This document shows, piece by piece, positions 20,178 to 30,696 of a stretch of 48,084 nt of DNA. The translations under genes were made by a program, and so were the position numbers. Under the pieces are notes generated by a model. The model did not search any database. It worked only from the letters and a program-made list of their open reading frames with translations, and was not told the DNA's origin. Source of the DNA: Gillisia sp. (GTDB lineage: Bacteria; Bacteroidota; Bacteroidia; Flavobacteriales; Flavobacteriaceae); assembly GCA_024635715.1 (NCBI GenBank), contig JAGXIK010000171.1, positions 1-48,084 of the forward strand. The letters run 5' to 3'. The number at the start of each line of letters is the position of its first letter. Positions within the stretch are counted from its first letter, which is position 1.

Positions 20178-21218
20178 TTAAATAGATTCTCTATCAATAA
20201 AATTAAATGGGACTTTAACTTTACCTTTTTCTTTATTTAAGATCATTTGAGCAGCAGTTTCACCCATTGCTTTAAAATCTGTGGAAATTACTGTTATTCC
20301 TAACAGTTCTTTTAAAGGCGTATCATTATAGGATATAACACCAATATCTTTACCCAAAATAAATTCATCATCTCTAATTTGTTTAACTAAATTCACCAAA
20401 TCAGACTCTTCAATGGTAATAAACAAATCTCCTTTTTTCAACACCATATCATTGTATATCTCATTATGAATTTCAAAGTCCAAGGAATGCTGAATACAAA
20501 ACTTTTTAAATCCATGTAAAATTCTGCGGGGATAAGGGTATACTGCCTTTTCAGGATAAATTAACATTATTTTTTTATAGGAAGCTATTTTAGAAAGACC
20601 TTCCTGTAAAGCATTATAAATATCATTCTCAAAATCCTGATATATTTCAACAATTTCACCAGTTATTCCTAACTTAATATTGTCTAGAATAATTAATTTC
20701 TCCTTTGGTATTTTATTTATTGCTTTTTTAACATTATCTGTATAACTAATATGTCTTAAACTATCCGTTTTAAAATGAGGCATTATTATAAAATAATCAT
20801 AAGCTCCATTGTGTTTTTCCAATAAATTCAAAAACAAGGACTCTTCACTATGGTATATATGAAGATCGGTATGACAATTTCCTCCAATACTATCTCGAAA
20901 AGAATTGTAAATTCTCATTTTATAAGAACTTAATTTATTAATAAGAAACAAAATATTAATTTTTGATATTAATTTTGTTCGCGTAATATAATAGCCTTTG
21001 CCTTTAATCGAGGTAATAATTTTTCGCTCTTTTAAAATGTTATAAGCCTTTTCTACAGTATCTCTAGATAGATAAAACTCCTCGCTAAATACATTAATTG
21101 ATGGTATTTTTTGGTCCATCGTTAATTTTCCTGCTGAAATATTGTGGATTATAGTATCAACGATTTGTTGATACTTCGGTACACGGGAATTTTCATCAAT
21201 GTCAATAAATTTAATCAT
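20178..21218 (-). CDS. GntR-family regulator with a periplasmic-binding-protein-like effector domain
   Basis: wHTH PKYQQIVD...IPSIN...SRDTVEKAY...GKGYY. C-terminal DIGVISYND...ITVISTDFKAMG. Divergent from the rha operon. Confidence 0.92.
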   Translation of the reverse strand: MIKFIDIDENSRVPKYQQIVDTIIHNISAGKLTMDQKIPSINVFSEEFYLSRDTVEKAYNILKERKIITSIKGKGYYITRTKLISKINILFLINKLSSYKMRIYNSFRDSIGGNCHTDLHIYHSEESLFLNLLEKHNGAYDYFIIMPHFKTDSLRHISYTDNVKKAINKIPKEKLIILDNIKLGITGEIVEIYQDFENDIYNALQEGLSKIASYKKIMLIYPEKAVYPYPRRILHGFKKFCIQHSLDFEIHNEIYNDMVLKKGDLFITIEESDLVNLVKQIRDDEFILGKDIGVISYNDTPLKELLGITVISTDFKAMGETAAQMILNKEKGKVKVPFNFIDRESI

Positions 21219-21425
21219 ATTTTAATTATAAACTTAAGGTTTTAATATAAAAGTAGAAGTTAGTAATTTTAAGTAGTGTAATTATCTTTATTTTTTATAC
21301 AAATTAATTGACGAATTTAACTAAGTATATTTAATAAATCCTTAAAATAAAAAATTAAAATGATTTTAGATGAATTTATGTAGATATTATTCTTATTTGA
21401 AGAAATTTATGGTTTATTCAAAGAT

Positions 21426-21471
21426 ACGGGACAGCACAGGACGGGATAATTTAATTCTAAATATATATTTG
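21426..21471 (+). promoter_or_regulatory. Candidate operator (ACGGG ACAGC ACAGG ACGGG ATA) and -7 promoter element of the rha operon
   Basis: 5-bp tandem units at 21426-21448. Perfect TAnnTTTG (TATATTTG) at 21464-21471, 40 bp before the rhaEW ATG. Confidence 0.65.
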
Positions 21472-21511
21472 TCGTAACAATACAAACAAAATATTAATAG
21501 AGACTCGTAAC

Positions 21512-23602
21512 ATGAAATATAAATACGTAGATTACCTTTGGGATAATAATAAAGCTGCGGAATTAGAAAATGATGAAGTTGCTTTATTTTTATATCGGTC
21601 CAATATTTTAGGAGCAGATTTAAGAATAACAAATTATGGAGGTGGAAACACAAGTTGTAAAACCATAGAAAAAGACCCATTAACAAATGAAGATGTTGAG
21701 GTGATGTGGGTAAAAGGTTCTGGTGGTGATATTGGTACTTTATCGCGCTCAGGAATTGCAGGTTTGTATACAGGTAGGTTACGTGATTTAAAAAATGTTT
21801 ATAAAGGGTTGCACGATGAGGATCGTATGGTTGGCCTTTTTAACCATTGTATTTATGACTTAGGTAGTAAAGCACCATCTATTGATACACCCCTTCATGG
21901 GTTATTACCATTTGCACACATAGACCACCTTCATCCAGATGCCCTTATTGCTGTGGCTGCTGCTAAAGACAGCGAGAAAGTAACCAAAGAAATTTGGGGT
22001 AACACTATGGGATGGGTGCCATGGCAACGTCCAGGTTTTGACTTAGGATTACAACTAGAAAAATGTTTAAACGATAATCCTGGTATTAGAGGTATAGTTT
22101 TAGGAAGCCATGGTTTATTTACATGGGGAGACACCTCTTACGAATGCTATATCAATAGTTTAGAAGTTATAGAAAAAGCTTCAGAATACATTGAAAATAA
22201 AATCAAAGAAAAAGGGTCTGTCTTTGGCGGACAGAAAGTCAAAAGTCTTCCTAAAGAAGAGCGTATAGAAAAAGCTGCGCAATTAATGCCTTTATTAAGA
22301 GGTTTGTGTTCTTCAGAAAATAGAATGATAGGTCATTTTTCTGATAATGATGTAGTTTTAGAATTTATTAACAGTAATGATTTGGCTAGATTGGCTCCGA
22401 TGGGAACTTCTTGTCCAGATCATTTCTTAAGAACTAAAATTCAACCATTAGTGCTGGCTTTAGACACAAACGAAGACCTTACGGAAACTGCTGCTGTTTT
22501 AAAGAAATTACAACCTGATTTTGAAGCCTATAGAGCTGAGTATACAGACTATTATAGTACGTGTAAAAAAGACAACAGTCCTGCTATGCGAGATCCAAAT
22601 CCTGTAATTATTATTTATCCAGGAATTGGTATGTTTAGTTTTGCTAAAAATAAACAAACTACTAGAGTTGCTAACGAATTTTATATTAATGCTATTAATG
22701 TAATGCGAGGTGCAGAAGCAATTTCTTCATATACTTCACTTCCTAGGCAAGAAGCTTTTGATATAGAATATTGGTTATTAGAAGAAGCTAAATTATCTCG
22801 AATGCCTAAAGAACAACCTCTATCTCGTAAAGTAGCTTTAATAACTGGCGCAGGTGGTGGAATTGGAAGAGCTATTGCAGATAAATTTGTTGAAGAAGGC
22901 GCAAATGTTGTACTTTGTGACATAGCTGAAGATAGACTTATTGAAGCTATTGGCTCTTATAAAAGAGATGTAGCTTCTTATGTATTATGTGATGTAACAG
23001 TAATCTCATCAATTGAAGATGCGTATAAAAAAGCATGTTTAGAATTTGGAGGTGTAGATATAGTTGTACATAGCGCTGGTTTAGCAATTTCTAAACCATT
23101 AGAAGAAACAACAGATAAAGATTGGGATATTTTACAGGATGTATTAGTTAAAGGTCAATTTGAGTTAGCCAAACAAGCTGTCACAATTATGCGTAAGCAA
23201 AATATGGGAGGAAACTTTATTTCCATTGCCAGTAAAAATGGATTAGTTTCTGGTCCAAATAATGTAGCGTATGGTACTGCAAAAGCAGCACAACAACACA
23301 TGTCTAGATTATTAGCTACTGAGTTAGCAAATGACAAAATAAGGGTAAATATTGTAAATCCTGATGGAGTTATAGTCGGAAGCAAAATATGGGAAGGTGA
23401 TTGGGCTGAAGGAAGAGCAAAATCTTATGGAATTAGTGTTGAAGAACTTCCTGCTCACTATGCAAAAAGAAATTTATTAAATGAGATTATTTATCCGGCA
23501 GATATTGCTAATGGCGTATTTGCATTAGTAGCTATCTTAAATAAAACTACTGGAAATATTATAAATGTAGACGGAGGAATGGCAAACGCATTTGTTCGTT
23601 AA
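21512..23602 (+). CDS. rhaEW: Bifunctional rhamnulose-1-phosphate aldolase / short-chain dehydrogenase
   Basis: TNYGGGNTSCK, PSIDTPLH, DHLHPD, SCPDHFLRTK. C-terminal SDR with TGAGGGIG and YGTAK. Confidence 0.92.
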   Translation: MKYKYVDYLWDNNKAAELENDEVALFLYRSNILGADLRITNYGGGNTSCKTIEKDPLTNEDVEVMWVKGSGGDIGTLSRSGIAGLYTGRLRDLKNVYKGLHDEDRMVGLFNHCIYDLGSKAPSIDTPLHGLLPFAHIDHLHPDALIAVAAAKDSEKVTKEIWGNTMGWVPWQRPGFDLGLQLEKCLNDNPGIRGIVLGSHGLFTWGDTSYECYINSLEVIEKASEYIENKIKEKGSVFGGQKVKSLPKEERIEKAAQLMPLLRGLCSSENRMIGHFSDNDVVLEFINSNDLARLAPMGTSCPDHFLRTKIQPLVLALDTNEDLTETAAVLKKLQPDFEAYRAEYTDYYSTCKKDNSPAMRDPNPVIIIYPGIGMFSFAKNKQTTRVANEFYINAINVMRGAEAISSYTSLPRQEAFDIEYWLLEEAKLSRMPKEQPLSRKVALITGAGGGIGRAIADKFVEEGANVVLCDIAEDRLIEAIGSYKRDVASYVLCDVTVISSIEDAYKKACLEFGGVDIVVHSAGLAISKPLEETTDKDWDILQDVLVKGQFELAKQAVTIMRKQNMGGNFISIASKNGLVSGPNNVAYGTAKAAQQHMSRLLATELANDKIRVNIVNPDGVIVGSKIWEGDWAEGRAKSYGISVEELPAHYAKRNLLNEIIYPADIANGVFALVAILNKTTGNIINVDGGMANAFVR

Positions 23603-23700
23603 TTATTTGGATTAAGTTGAGTTAATGTTAAAAAACTTCCATAATCTAATTTAATGATTGCTGGAAGATTTTTTACTAAAAAATTAAAAAAAATATTATA

Positions 23701-24981
23701 ATGAAAATAAATAAAGAACTAATTCACAATTCGAATTTAAAAGAAATTACTTCACATCAAGAAAATTTTGATTTTTTAGCCAATAGATTAACTAAAAACG
23801 GCTACGATGTTACCTCATTGGTTTCAAAATTATCCGAGTTTCAAGTTGCTATACCAAGTTGGGCATTAGGCGCTGGAGGAACAAGATTTGGACGTTTCTC
23901 CTATTTTGGAGAACCTTCAAATCTGGAGCAAAAAATAGAAGATATTGGTTTAATCCATTCCCTTACACAAACTGCAGGTGCTGTTTCGCTTCATATCCCT
24001 TGGGATGTGCCTAGTGATTATAAAGCAATTAAAGAATTGGCAAATTCATTAGACATTAATTTTGATGCCGTAAATTCAAACACTTTTCAAGACCAAAAAA
24101 ACGCCAAAGAAAGTTACAAATATGGGTCTTTAAGCAATCGAAGTGAAGCTGTAAGGCATCAAGCTATTCAGCATAATTTAGACGTTATCAATATTGGAAA
24201 CCAATTGGGTTCAAAAAGTTTAACTGTATGGTTAGCTGATGGTTCTTGTTTTCCTGGTCAAAACAACTTTCAAACAGCTTTTCAAAATACACAAAACAGT
24301 TTAAAAGACATTTATAAAGGACTTCCAAGTGATTGGAAAATGTTAATTGAATACAAACCATACGAGCCAAATTTCTATAGTACAGTTATTCAAGATTGGG
24401 GAACTTCGTTTATGTTAGCGAATGAATGTGGTGAAAAAGCATTTACTTTAGTTGATTTAGGACATCATTTACCAAACAGTAATATTGAACAAATTGTTTC
24501 TATATTAATGCTTAAAGGTAAATTAGGCGGTTTTCATTTTAATGATAGTAAATATGGTGATGACGATTTAACAGCAGGAAGTATAAAACCATATGCGCTG
24601 TTCCTTATTTTTAATGAACTGGTTTATGGTATGAAAAACAATCCTCAAAATCCAGATTTAGCTTGGATGATTGATGCAAGTCATAATGTAAAAGATCCTT
24701 TAGAAGATATAATTCAGTCTTTAGAAGCTATTCAAGAAGCATATGCAAAAGCGATGTTGGTAGATCAAAATTTATTAAAAGAAGCACAACAAAATAATGA
24801 TGTAGTTAAATGTCAGGAAATTTTACAAGAAGCCTATAGAACTGACGTTAGACCCTTGCTTGAAAAAGCAAGACTAAATCGAGGAGGAGCTTTAAGTCCA
24901 ATAAAAGCATACCGTTCTTTAGATATTAGAAATCATTTAATTAAAGAAAGAGGTAGAAATACTGTGGCGACTGGACTATAA
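23701..24981 (+). CDS. rhaI: L-rhamnose isomerase (RhaI type)
   Basis: IPSWALGAGGTRFGRF, SLHIPWD, EYKPYEP, DLGHH, HFNDSKYGDDDL. Confidence 0.9.
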   Translation: MKINKELIHNSNLKEITSHQENFDFLANRLTKNGYDVTSLVSKLSEFQVAIPSWALGAGGTRFGRFSYFGEPSNLEQKIEDIGLIHSLTQTAGAVSLHIPWDVPSDYKAIKELANSLDINFDAVNSNTFQDQKNAKESYKYGSLSNRSEAVRHQAIQHNLDVINIGNQLGSKSLTVWLADGSCFPGQNNFQTAFQNTQNSLKDIYKGLPSDWKMLIEYKPYEPNFYSTVIQDWGTSFMLANECGEKAFTLVDLGHHLPNSNIEQIVSILMLKGKLGGFHFNDSKYGDDDLTAGSIKPYALFLIFNELVYGMKNNPQNPDLAWMIDASHNVKDPLEDIIQSLEAIQEAYAKAMLVDQNLLKEAQQNNDVVKCQEILQEAYRTDVRPLLEKARLNRGGALSPIKAYRSLDIRNHLIKERGRNTVATGL

Positions 24982-24991
24982 GAACTCTCAA

Positions 24992-26365
24992 ATGAAAAAA
25001 ACTGTTACCGCAATATTTGACATCGGAAAAACAAACAAAAAATTCTTCCTTTTTGATGAAAATTTTCAAGAAGTATATAGAGAATATACGCGTTTTGAAG
25101 AAATAACCGATGAAGATGGGTATCCAACTGAAAACTTACCAGCATTGCAAAAATGGCTAAAAGAATTGTTTAATCGAATTTTAGAGGACAAAGAATATGA
25201 TGTTAAGGCTATAAATTTTTCCACTTACGGTGCCAGTTTTGTTCATATTGATGAACATGGTGAAGTTTTAACTCCCTTGTATAATTACACAAAACCGATG
25301 GATCCTTCTATTATTGATTCCTTTTTTGATAAATATGGCCCAGAAATGGAGTTTTCGAGAAAAACAGGGTCATCAAATTCAGGAATGTTAAACTCAGGAA
25401 TGCAATTGTATTGGTTGAAGAAAACAAAACCTGAAGTCTTCAAGAAAATTAAATATTCATTACATCTTCCGCAATACTTAAGTTATATTTTTACAGGAAT
25501 TCCATTAAGTGAATATACCAGTATTGGTTGCCATACAGCTCTTTGGGATTACGATAAAAAAGATTATCACAACTGGGTTTATCAGGAAGAAATAACTACT
25601 ATTCTACCTCCTATTGTTTCTACTGAAACCAGCATCAATATGAATTACAATGGAAGGCGCATAAAAATTGGCGTTGGAATTCACGATAGTTCTTCTGCAT
25701 TATTACCTTATGTTAAAAGTACCAAAGAATCTTTTATTTTAGTTTCTACCGGAACCTGGAGCGTTTCATTAAACCCATTTACAGATAAAGTATTAACGGA
25801 GCATGATATTCAAGAAAACTGTATCAACTATATGAGAATTAACGGGAAAGCTGTAAAGTCTTCTCGTTTATTATTAGGTAATGAGTATAAATATCAGGTA
25901 ACTAAATTATCAGAACATTTTGGTGTGGCATCTGATTATCACAAATCTATCAAATTTGATTGTGAAATCTTTAAGAGAATTATGAAAGATTTTATCTATA
26001 AATTCAAGTGGAGAAATATGATTGATGAGGATATGCCTTCAGAAACGCTAATAGATTTTGATAATTTCAAAGATGCATATCATCACTTTATGACCGAACT
26101 GGTTTTATTGCAAGTAAAAAGTATTAAAACCGTTGCCGGAAGCAAAATAATTGAAAAAATATTTGTAGATGGCGGGTTTAGTGATAATGATGTTTTTATA
26201 AAATTGTTGTCGCATTATTTAAGAAATATGGAGCTTAGATCTACAAGTTCGTCGCTTGGATCAGCATTGGGCGCTGCCATATCAATTTCAGATACTAAGC
26301 TAAATTCTAAATTTTTGAAAAAGAATTATTCGTTAAAAAAGCATATACCATTTATTACAACGTAA
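24992..26365 (+). CDS. FGGY-family sugar kinase, probable rhamnulokinase
   Basis: FDIGKTNKK, GIHDSS, VSTGTW, VDGGF. Located in the rha operon. Confidence 0.88.
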   Translation: MKKTVTAIFDIGKTNKKFFLFDENFQEVYREYTRFEEITDEDGYPTENLPALQKWLKELFNRILEDKEYDVKAINFSTYGASFVHIDEHGEVLTPLYNYTKPMDPSIIDSFFDKYGPEMEFSRKTGSSNSGMLNSGMQLYWLKKTKPEVFKKIKYSLHLPQYLSYIFTGIPLSEYTSIGCHTALWDYDKKDYHNWVYQEEITTILPPIVSTETSINMNYNGRRIKIGVGIHDSSSALLPYVKSTKESFILVSTGTWSVSLNPFTDKVLTEHDIQENCINYMRINGKAVKSSRLLLGNEYKYQVTKLSEHFGVASDYHKSIKFDCEIFKRIMKDFIYKFKWRNMIDEDMPSETLIDFDNFKDAYHHFMTELVLLQVKSIKTVAGSKIIEKIFVDGGFSDNDVFIKLLSHYLRNMELRSTSSSLGSALGAAISISDTKLNSKFLKKNYSLKKHIPFITT

Positions 26366-26379
26366 CAAAAAACACCCAA

Positions 26380-27813
26380 ATGAGTCAATTTAATATAGAA
26401 GAAGAAATTGAAGAAATAGCTGGAGGTGAATTCGAAAGAGTTCCTGTTCCTCAATCAAAATTAAAAGGTTGGAAAAGTTTCCTTGGCATGTATGCTGGAG
26501 AACATGCGGCTGGTACAGAGTTTATGATTGGTCCCTTATTTTTAACAGCTGGGGTAAGTGCTTTTGATTTAATTGTAGGATTATTAATCGGAAATTTACT
26601 AGCAGTTTTAAGCTGGAGATATTTAACAGCGGAGATTGCTATAAAAAACAGGTTAACACTCTATTTTCAATTAGAGAAAATTTGTGGTAAAAAATTGGTA
26701 ACAGGTTACAACTTAGCTAACGGAATTTTATTTTGTTTTTTAGCTGGTGCAATGATTACCGTATCAGCTACGGCTGTTGGAATTCCTTTTGATATGCCCA
26801 TGCCAAAATTAACTGATACGATGCCTAATGGTTTTACTTGGATTGTTATTGTAATTTTAATTGGTGCCGTAATTTCAATTATTGCTGCGAGAGGTTACGA
26901 TACCGTTTCTAAAGCGGCAAATTATATGTCGCCTATTATTGTATTAGCTTTTATTGCCTGTGGTATTGTAGCCTTAAGTCAATTAGGAGTTCACAGTTTT
27001 TCTGGTTTTTGGGACATTTGGGGAAAAGGTTCTGAACCATTCCCCGGACAAATAAAATTTACTTTTTGGCATGTGGTTATATGGTCTTGGTTTGCAAACG
27101 CCGCGATGCATGTAGGGATGTCCGATTTATCAGTATTTCGATTTTCCAAAAATGCAAGTTCAGGTTGGACAACAGCTGCAGGAATGTATATTGGCCACTA
27201 TATGGCTTGGATAGCAGCGGCTTTATTGTATGCGGTTTATTTAAAATCTCCAGAAGCTTTAACATTTTTATCAAACGGTCAAGCACCTCCAGTTGCTCCT
27301 GGCCCATTAGCTTATAATGCCATTGGAATCTTCGGAATAGTTGCCGTTGTTTTGGCTGGTTGGACAACAGCAAATCCTACAATATATAGAGCTGGATTGG
27401 CTTTTCAAGCAATTTTCCCAAAACTATCTACAGTAAAAGTAACCATTTTAGCAGGTAGTATAGCAACCATTGCCGGTATATTCCCAGCATTTGCTATGAA
27501 ACTTTTAGGGTTTGTAGCGTTGTATGGCTTTATTTTAGCGCCTTTTGGAGCCATCATTGTATTTGAACATTTCTTTTACAAAAAAGCTAGAATTACAAAA
27601 AATTATGCAGAAGTTGCTGGGCTTTCATTTAACAAATCTGTGTTTTGGGCTTGGGTAATAAGTTTTGGTATATTCTATTTTATATCCATTCAATTTAATG
27701 TGTTCTTATCCTTTGTTACCCTTCCTGCTTGGTTGCTTTGTGGTATTTTATTTATTGTGTTCAGTAAATATTTCCAAAAAAAACAAATTAAACTATTTAA
27801 AAAAACTCAATGA
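26380..27813 (+). CDS. Purine-cytosine permease (NCS1)-like transporter within the rha operon
   Basis: About 12 TM segments. N-terminal E..PVP motif, FDLIVGLLIGNLL, SDLSVFRF, GWTTANPTIY (CodB-like). Confidence 0.75.
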   Translation: MSQFNIEEEIEEIAGGEFERVPVPQSKLKGWKSFLGMYAGEHAAGTEFMIGPLFLTAGVSAFDLIVGLLIGNLLAVLSWRYLTAEIAIKNRLTLYFQLEKICGKKLVTGYNLANGILFCFLAGAMITVSATAVGIPFDMPMPKLTDTMPNGFTWIVIVILIGAVISIIAARGYDTVSKAANYMSPIIVLAFIACGIVALSQLGVHSFSGFWDIWGKGSEPFPGQIKFTFWHVVIWSWFANAAMHVGMSDLSVFRFSKNASSGWTTAAGMYIGHYMAWIAAALLYAVYLKSPEALTFLSNGQAPPVAPGPLAYNAIGIFGIVAVVLAGWTTANPTIYRAGLAFQAIFPKLSTVKVTILAGSIATIAGIFPAFAMKLLGFVALYGFILAPFGAIIVFEHFFYKKARITKNYAEVAGLSFNKSVFWAWVISFGIFYFISIQFNVFLSFVTLPAWLLCGILFIVFSKYFQKKQIKLFKKTQ

Positions 27814-27869
27814 TATATTATCAATTATATCAATATAAATTAAATTTTGTACTTACAATTAATTAAAAA

Positions 27870-29159
27870 ATGTCAAAAAAATTAAATTTAGTTCACCCGA
27901 GAGATCAAATAACTACCATTATTAGTAGAATTTATAAAAGAGGAATGACAACCACTTCTGGTGGAAATATTTCCATAATTGATAACAATGGAGACATCTG
28001 GGTTACTCCATCTGCAGTAGACAAAGGGTCTTTAAGTCCTTCAGATATCGTTTGTGTAAAAAAAGATGGAACAATCGTTGGTAAGCACAAACCATCATCT
28101 GAATTTCCTTTTCACAAAGCTATTTATGACATGCGACCAGATATAAAATCAGTTATTCATGCACATCCACCAGCTTTAGTTTCTTTCAGTATTGTTCGAA
28201 AAATACCAGATACAAATATAATTTCGCAGGCAAAACATATTTGTGGACCTATTGGTTATGCAAGCTATGAACTTCCCGGAAGTGAAAAATTAGGTGATGT
28301 AATTGCTGAAGAATTCAAAAAAGGATACAAAGCAATTATTATGGAAAACCATGGAACTGTTTTAGGTGGTAGTGATTTAACAGATGCTTTTGAACGTTTT
28401 GAAGCTCTTGAGTTATGTGCACGTACAATAATATACGGTTCTCAAATTGGGACTCCAAACTATTTAACAGATGCTCAAATTGATGAATTTGAAGCCCAAA
28501 TTCCTTCATTGATACCTGAAATGGAAGCTATTGAATATGCTTCAGATGAAGTTGAAAAACGATTAGAAATTTGTGAAATTGTAAAGCGAGCTTGTCAACA
28601 AGGTTTAATGATTAGTACGTACGGAACCGTTTCAATGCGTTGGGAAAATAATGATTTTTTAATCACTCCAACAGATATAAATCGTTGGGACATGGAAATT
28701 GAAGATATTGTTCAAATTAAAGGTGGTAAAAGAGAAAAAGGAAAAACACCTAGTAGAGGAACTTGGATTCATCAAGAAATTTACAAACGTAATCCCAAAG
28801 TTAATTCAATTATTACAACACAATCGCCTTATTTAATGGCATTTGGTGTTACAGGTACTTATTTTGACGTGCGTACAATTCCTGAAAGCTGGATTTTCTT
28901 ACAAGATGTAAATGCTTTAGAATATGGTAGCCATTTTAAAACAAATGAAAATCCTGAAATTCTTGAAGCTAATTCTACAGCTGTCATTATTCAAAATGAT
29001 TCCGTCTTAATTACTGGAGATCAATTATTACAAACATTTGATTATTTAGAAGTGGCTGAATTTAGTGCAAAATCAATTGTATTAGGAACTTGTTTAGGTG
29101 AAATGGTACCTATAAACGATGATCAAGTGGAAGAATTAAGAAAAAAGTTTTTAGTTTAA
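27870..29159 (+). CDS. Class II aldolase/adducin family protein with tandem domains
   Basis: Domain 1: TTSGGNIS, PSSEFPFH, HAHP, MENHG. Domain 2 is degenerate: STYGTVS, PSRG, TTQS, QND. Confidence 0.9.
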   Translation: MSKKLNLVHPRDQITTIISRIYKRGMTTTSGGNISIIDNNGDIWVTPSAVDKGSLSPSDIVCVKKDGTIVGKHKPSSEFPFHKAIYDMRPDIKSVIHAHPPALVSFSIVRKIPDTNIISQAKHICGPIGYASYELPGSEKLGDVIAEEFKKGYKAIIMENHGTVLGGSDLTDAFERFEALELCARTIIYGSQIGTPNYLTDAQIDEFEAQIPSLIPEMEAIEYASDEVEKRLEICEIVKRACQQGLMISTYGTVSMRWENNDFLITPTDINRWDMEIEDIVQIKGGKREKGKTPSRGTWIHQEIYKRNPKVNSIITTQSPYLMAFGVTGTYFDVRTIPESWIFLQDVNALEYGSHFKTNENPEILEANSTAVIIQNDSVLITGDQLLQTFDYLEVAEFSAKSIVLGTCLGEMVPINDDQVEELRKKFLV

Positions 29160-29204
29160 CATTTGTTTTTTAAACCTTATAACATTAAAAAATACCCAAA
29201 CCCA

Positions 29205-30644
29205 ATGAAACACTATAAACAATTCATTAACGGACAATTTGTAAATTCTACTTCTACTACAGTGATAGAAGTTTTAAATCCTTGTACTGAGGAAGTAATC
29301 AGTACAATCCCAACAGGTTCTGCTGCAGATGCAAATTTAGCGCTAGAAGCGGCAACAGAATCTCAACCAGCTTGGGAGGCTCTTCCAGCTATTCAAAGAG
29401 CTGCCTTTTTGCATAAAATGGCAACTATTATTAGAGAAAATCGAGTTTTTTTAGCAGAAACTTTAGCGATTGAACAAGCAAAAGTAATTGGTTTAGCACA
29501 TGTAGAAATTGATGTAACTGCTGATTATTTCGATTATAATGCTGGTTGGGCAAGAAGAATTGAAGGAGAAATTATACAAAGCGATCGTGAAAAAGAGCAT
29601 ATTTATTTACATAAAGCTCCAATTGGAGTGGCTGTAGGGATTTGCCCTTGGAATTTTCCGTTTTTTGTCATGGCTCGTAAAGTAGCAGCTTCATTAATTA
29701 CTGGAAATACTTGTGTTATAAAACCAAGTTCTGAGGCACCTAATACTATTATGGAATTTGCTGAGTTAATTCAAAATATTGGATTGGCTCCAGGTATATT
29801 GAATTTTGTTTGTGGTTCTGGTAGTCTTATTGGAAATGCACTTTCTAAAAGCCCTCTTACTGGAATTATTAGTTTAACAGGAAGTGTTTTTGCTGGACAA
29901 CAAATTATTACTGCTGCTGCTGAAAACATTACAAAAGTATCGCTAGAACTAGGAGGGAAAGCACCGGCAATTGTATGTTCTGATGCTAACTTAGACCTAG
30001 CTGTTAAAGCCATTGTCTCTTCAAAAGTTATTTTTAGCGGACAAGTATGTAATTGTGCGGAAAGAGTGTATGTGCAAGATGATATTTATGATGAATTTGT
30101 AGAAAGATTAGCTAAAAAAATGAGTGAGGTAACTATTGATGATGCGCTTACTGGAACGGATGCGGATATGAGTAGTTTGGTTTCAAAATCTCAAATAGAT
30201 AAGATTTCAGAAATGGTGGAATTTGCTAAAAAAGAAGGTGCTGAAGTATTAGTTGGAGGAAAACGTTCAGAACAATTTGATAGAGGATATTACTACCAGC
30301 CTACTTTATTAACTAATTGCACTCAGCAAATGGAAATCATCCAAGAAGAAGTTTTTGGTCCAGTGTTGCCTGTTATGAAGTTTAACACCTTAGACGAAGC
30401 TATCGCCTTGTCTAACGATTGCCAGTATGGATTGACATCTTCTGTGTTTTCAGAAAACTTCAACAACATTATGCATGCTACTAGCAAACTTCAATTTGGA
30501 GAAACGTATGTGAATAGAGAACATTTTGAAGCCATGCAGGGATTCCATGCAGGTTGGAAAAAATCTGGTATTGGTGGTGCTGACGGGAAACATGGAATGG
30601 AAGAGTATTTGCAAACAAAAGTAATTTACGCTCACTATAGATAA
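29205..30644 (+). CDS. aldA: Lactaldehyde dehydrogenase / aldehyde dehydrogenase A
   Basis: Start moved to ATG 29205. PWNFPFF, SLELGGKAP, GQVCNCAER, EEVFGPV, and AldA-typical NREHFEAMQGFHAGWKKSGIGGADGKHG. Confidence 0.92.
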   Translation: MKHYKQFINGQFVNSTSTTVIEVLNPCTEEVISTIPTGSAADANLALEAATESQPAWEALPAIQRAAFLHKMATIIRENRVFLAETLAIEQAKVIGLAHVEIDVTADYFDYNAGWARRIEGEIIQSDREKEHIYLHKAPIGVAVGICPWNFPFFVMARKVAASLITGNTCVIKPSSEAPNTIMEFAELIQNIGLAPGILNFVCGSGSLIGNALSKSPLTGIISLTGSVFAGQQIITAAAENITKVSLELGGKAPAIVCSDANLDLAVKAIVSSKVIFSGQVCNCAERVYVQDDIYDEFVERLAKKMSEVTIDDALTGTDADMSSLVSKSQIDKISEMVEFAKKEGAEVLVGGKRSEQFDRGYYYQPTLLTNCTQQMEIIQEEVFGPVLPVMKFNTLDEAIALSNDCQYGLTSSVFSENFNNIMHATSKLQFGETYVNREHFEAMQGFHAGWKKSGIGGADGKHGMEEYLQTKVIYAHYR

Positions 30645-30696
30645 ACAAGAAAGAAGTTTTTAAGTTTTAGAAATAATATTAATTAAGTTTGAGTTT

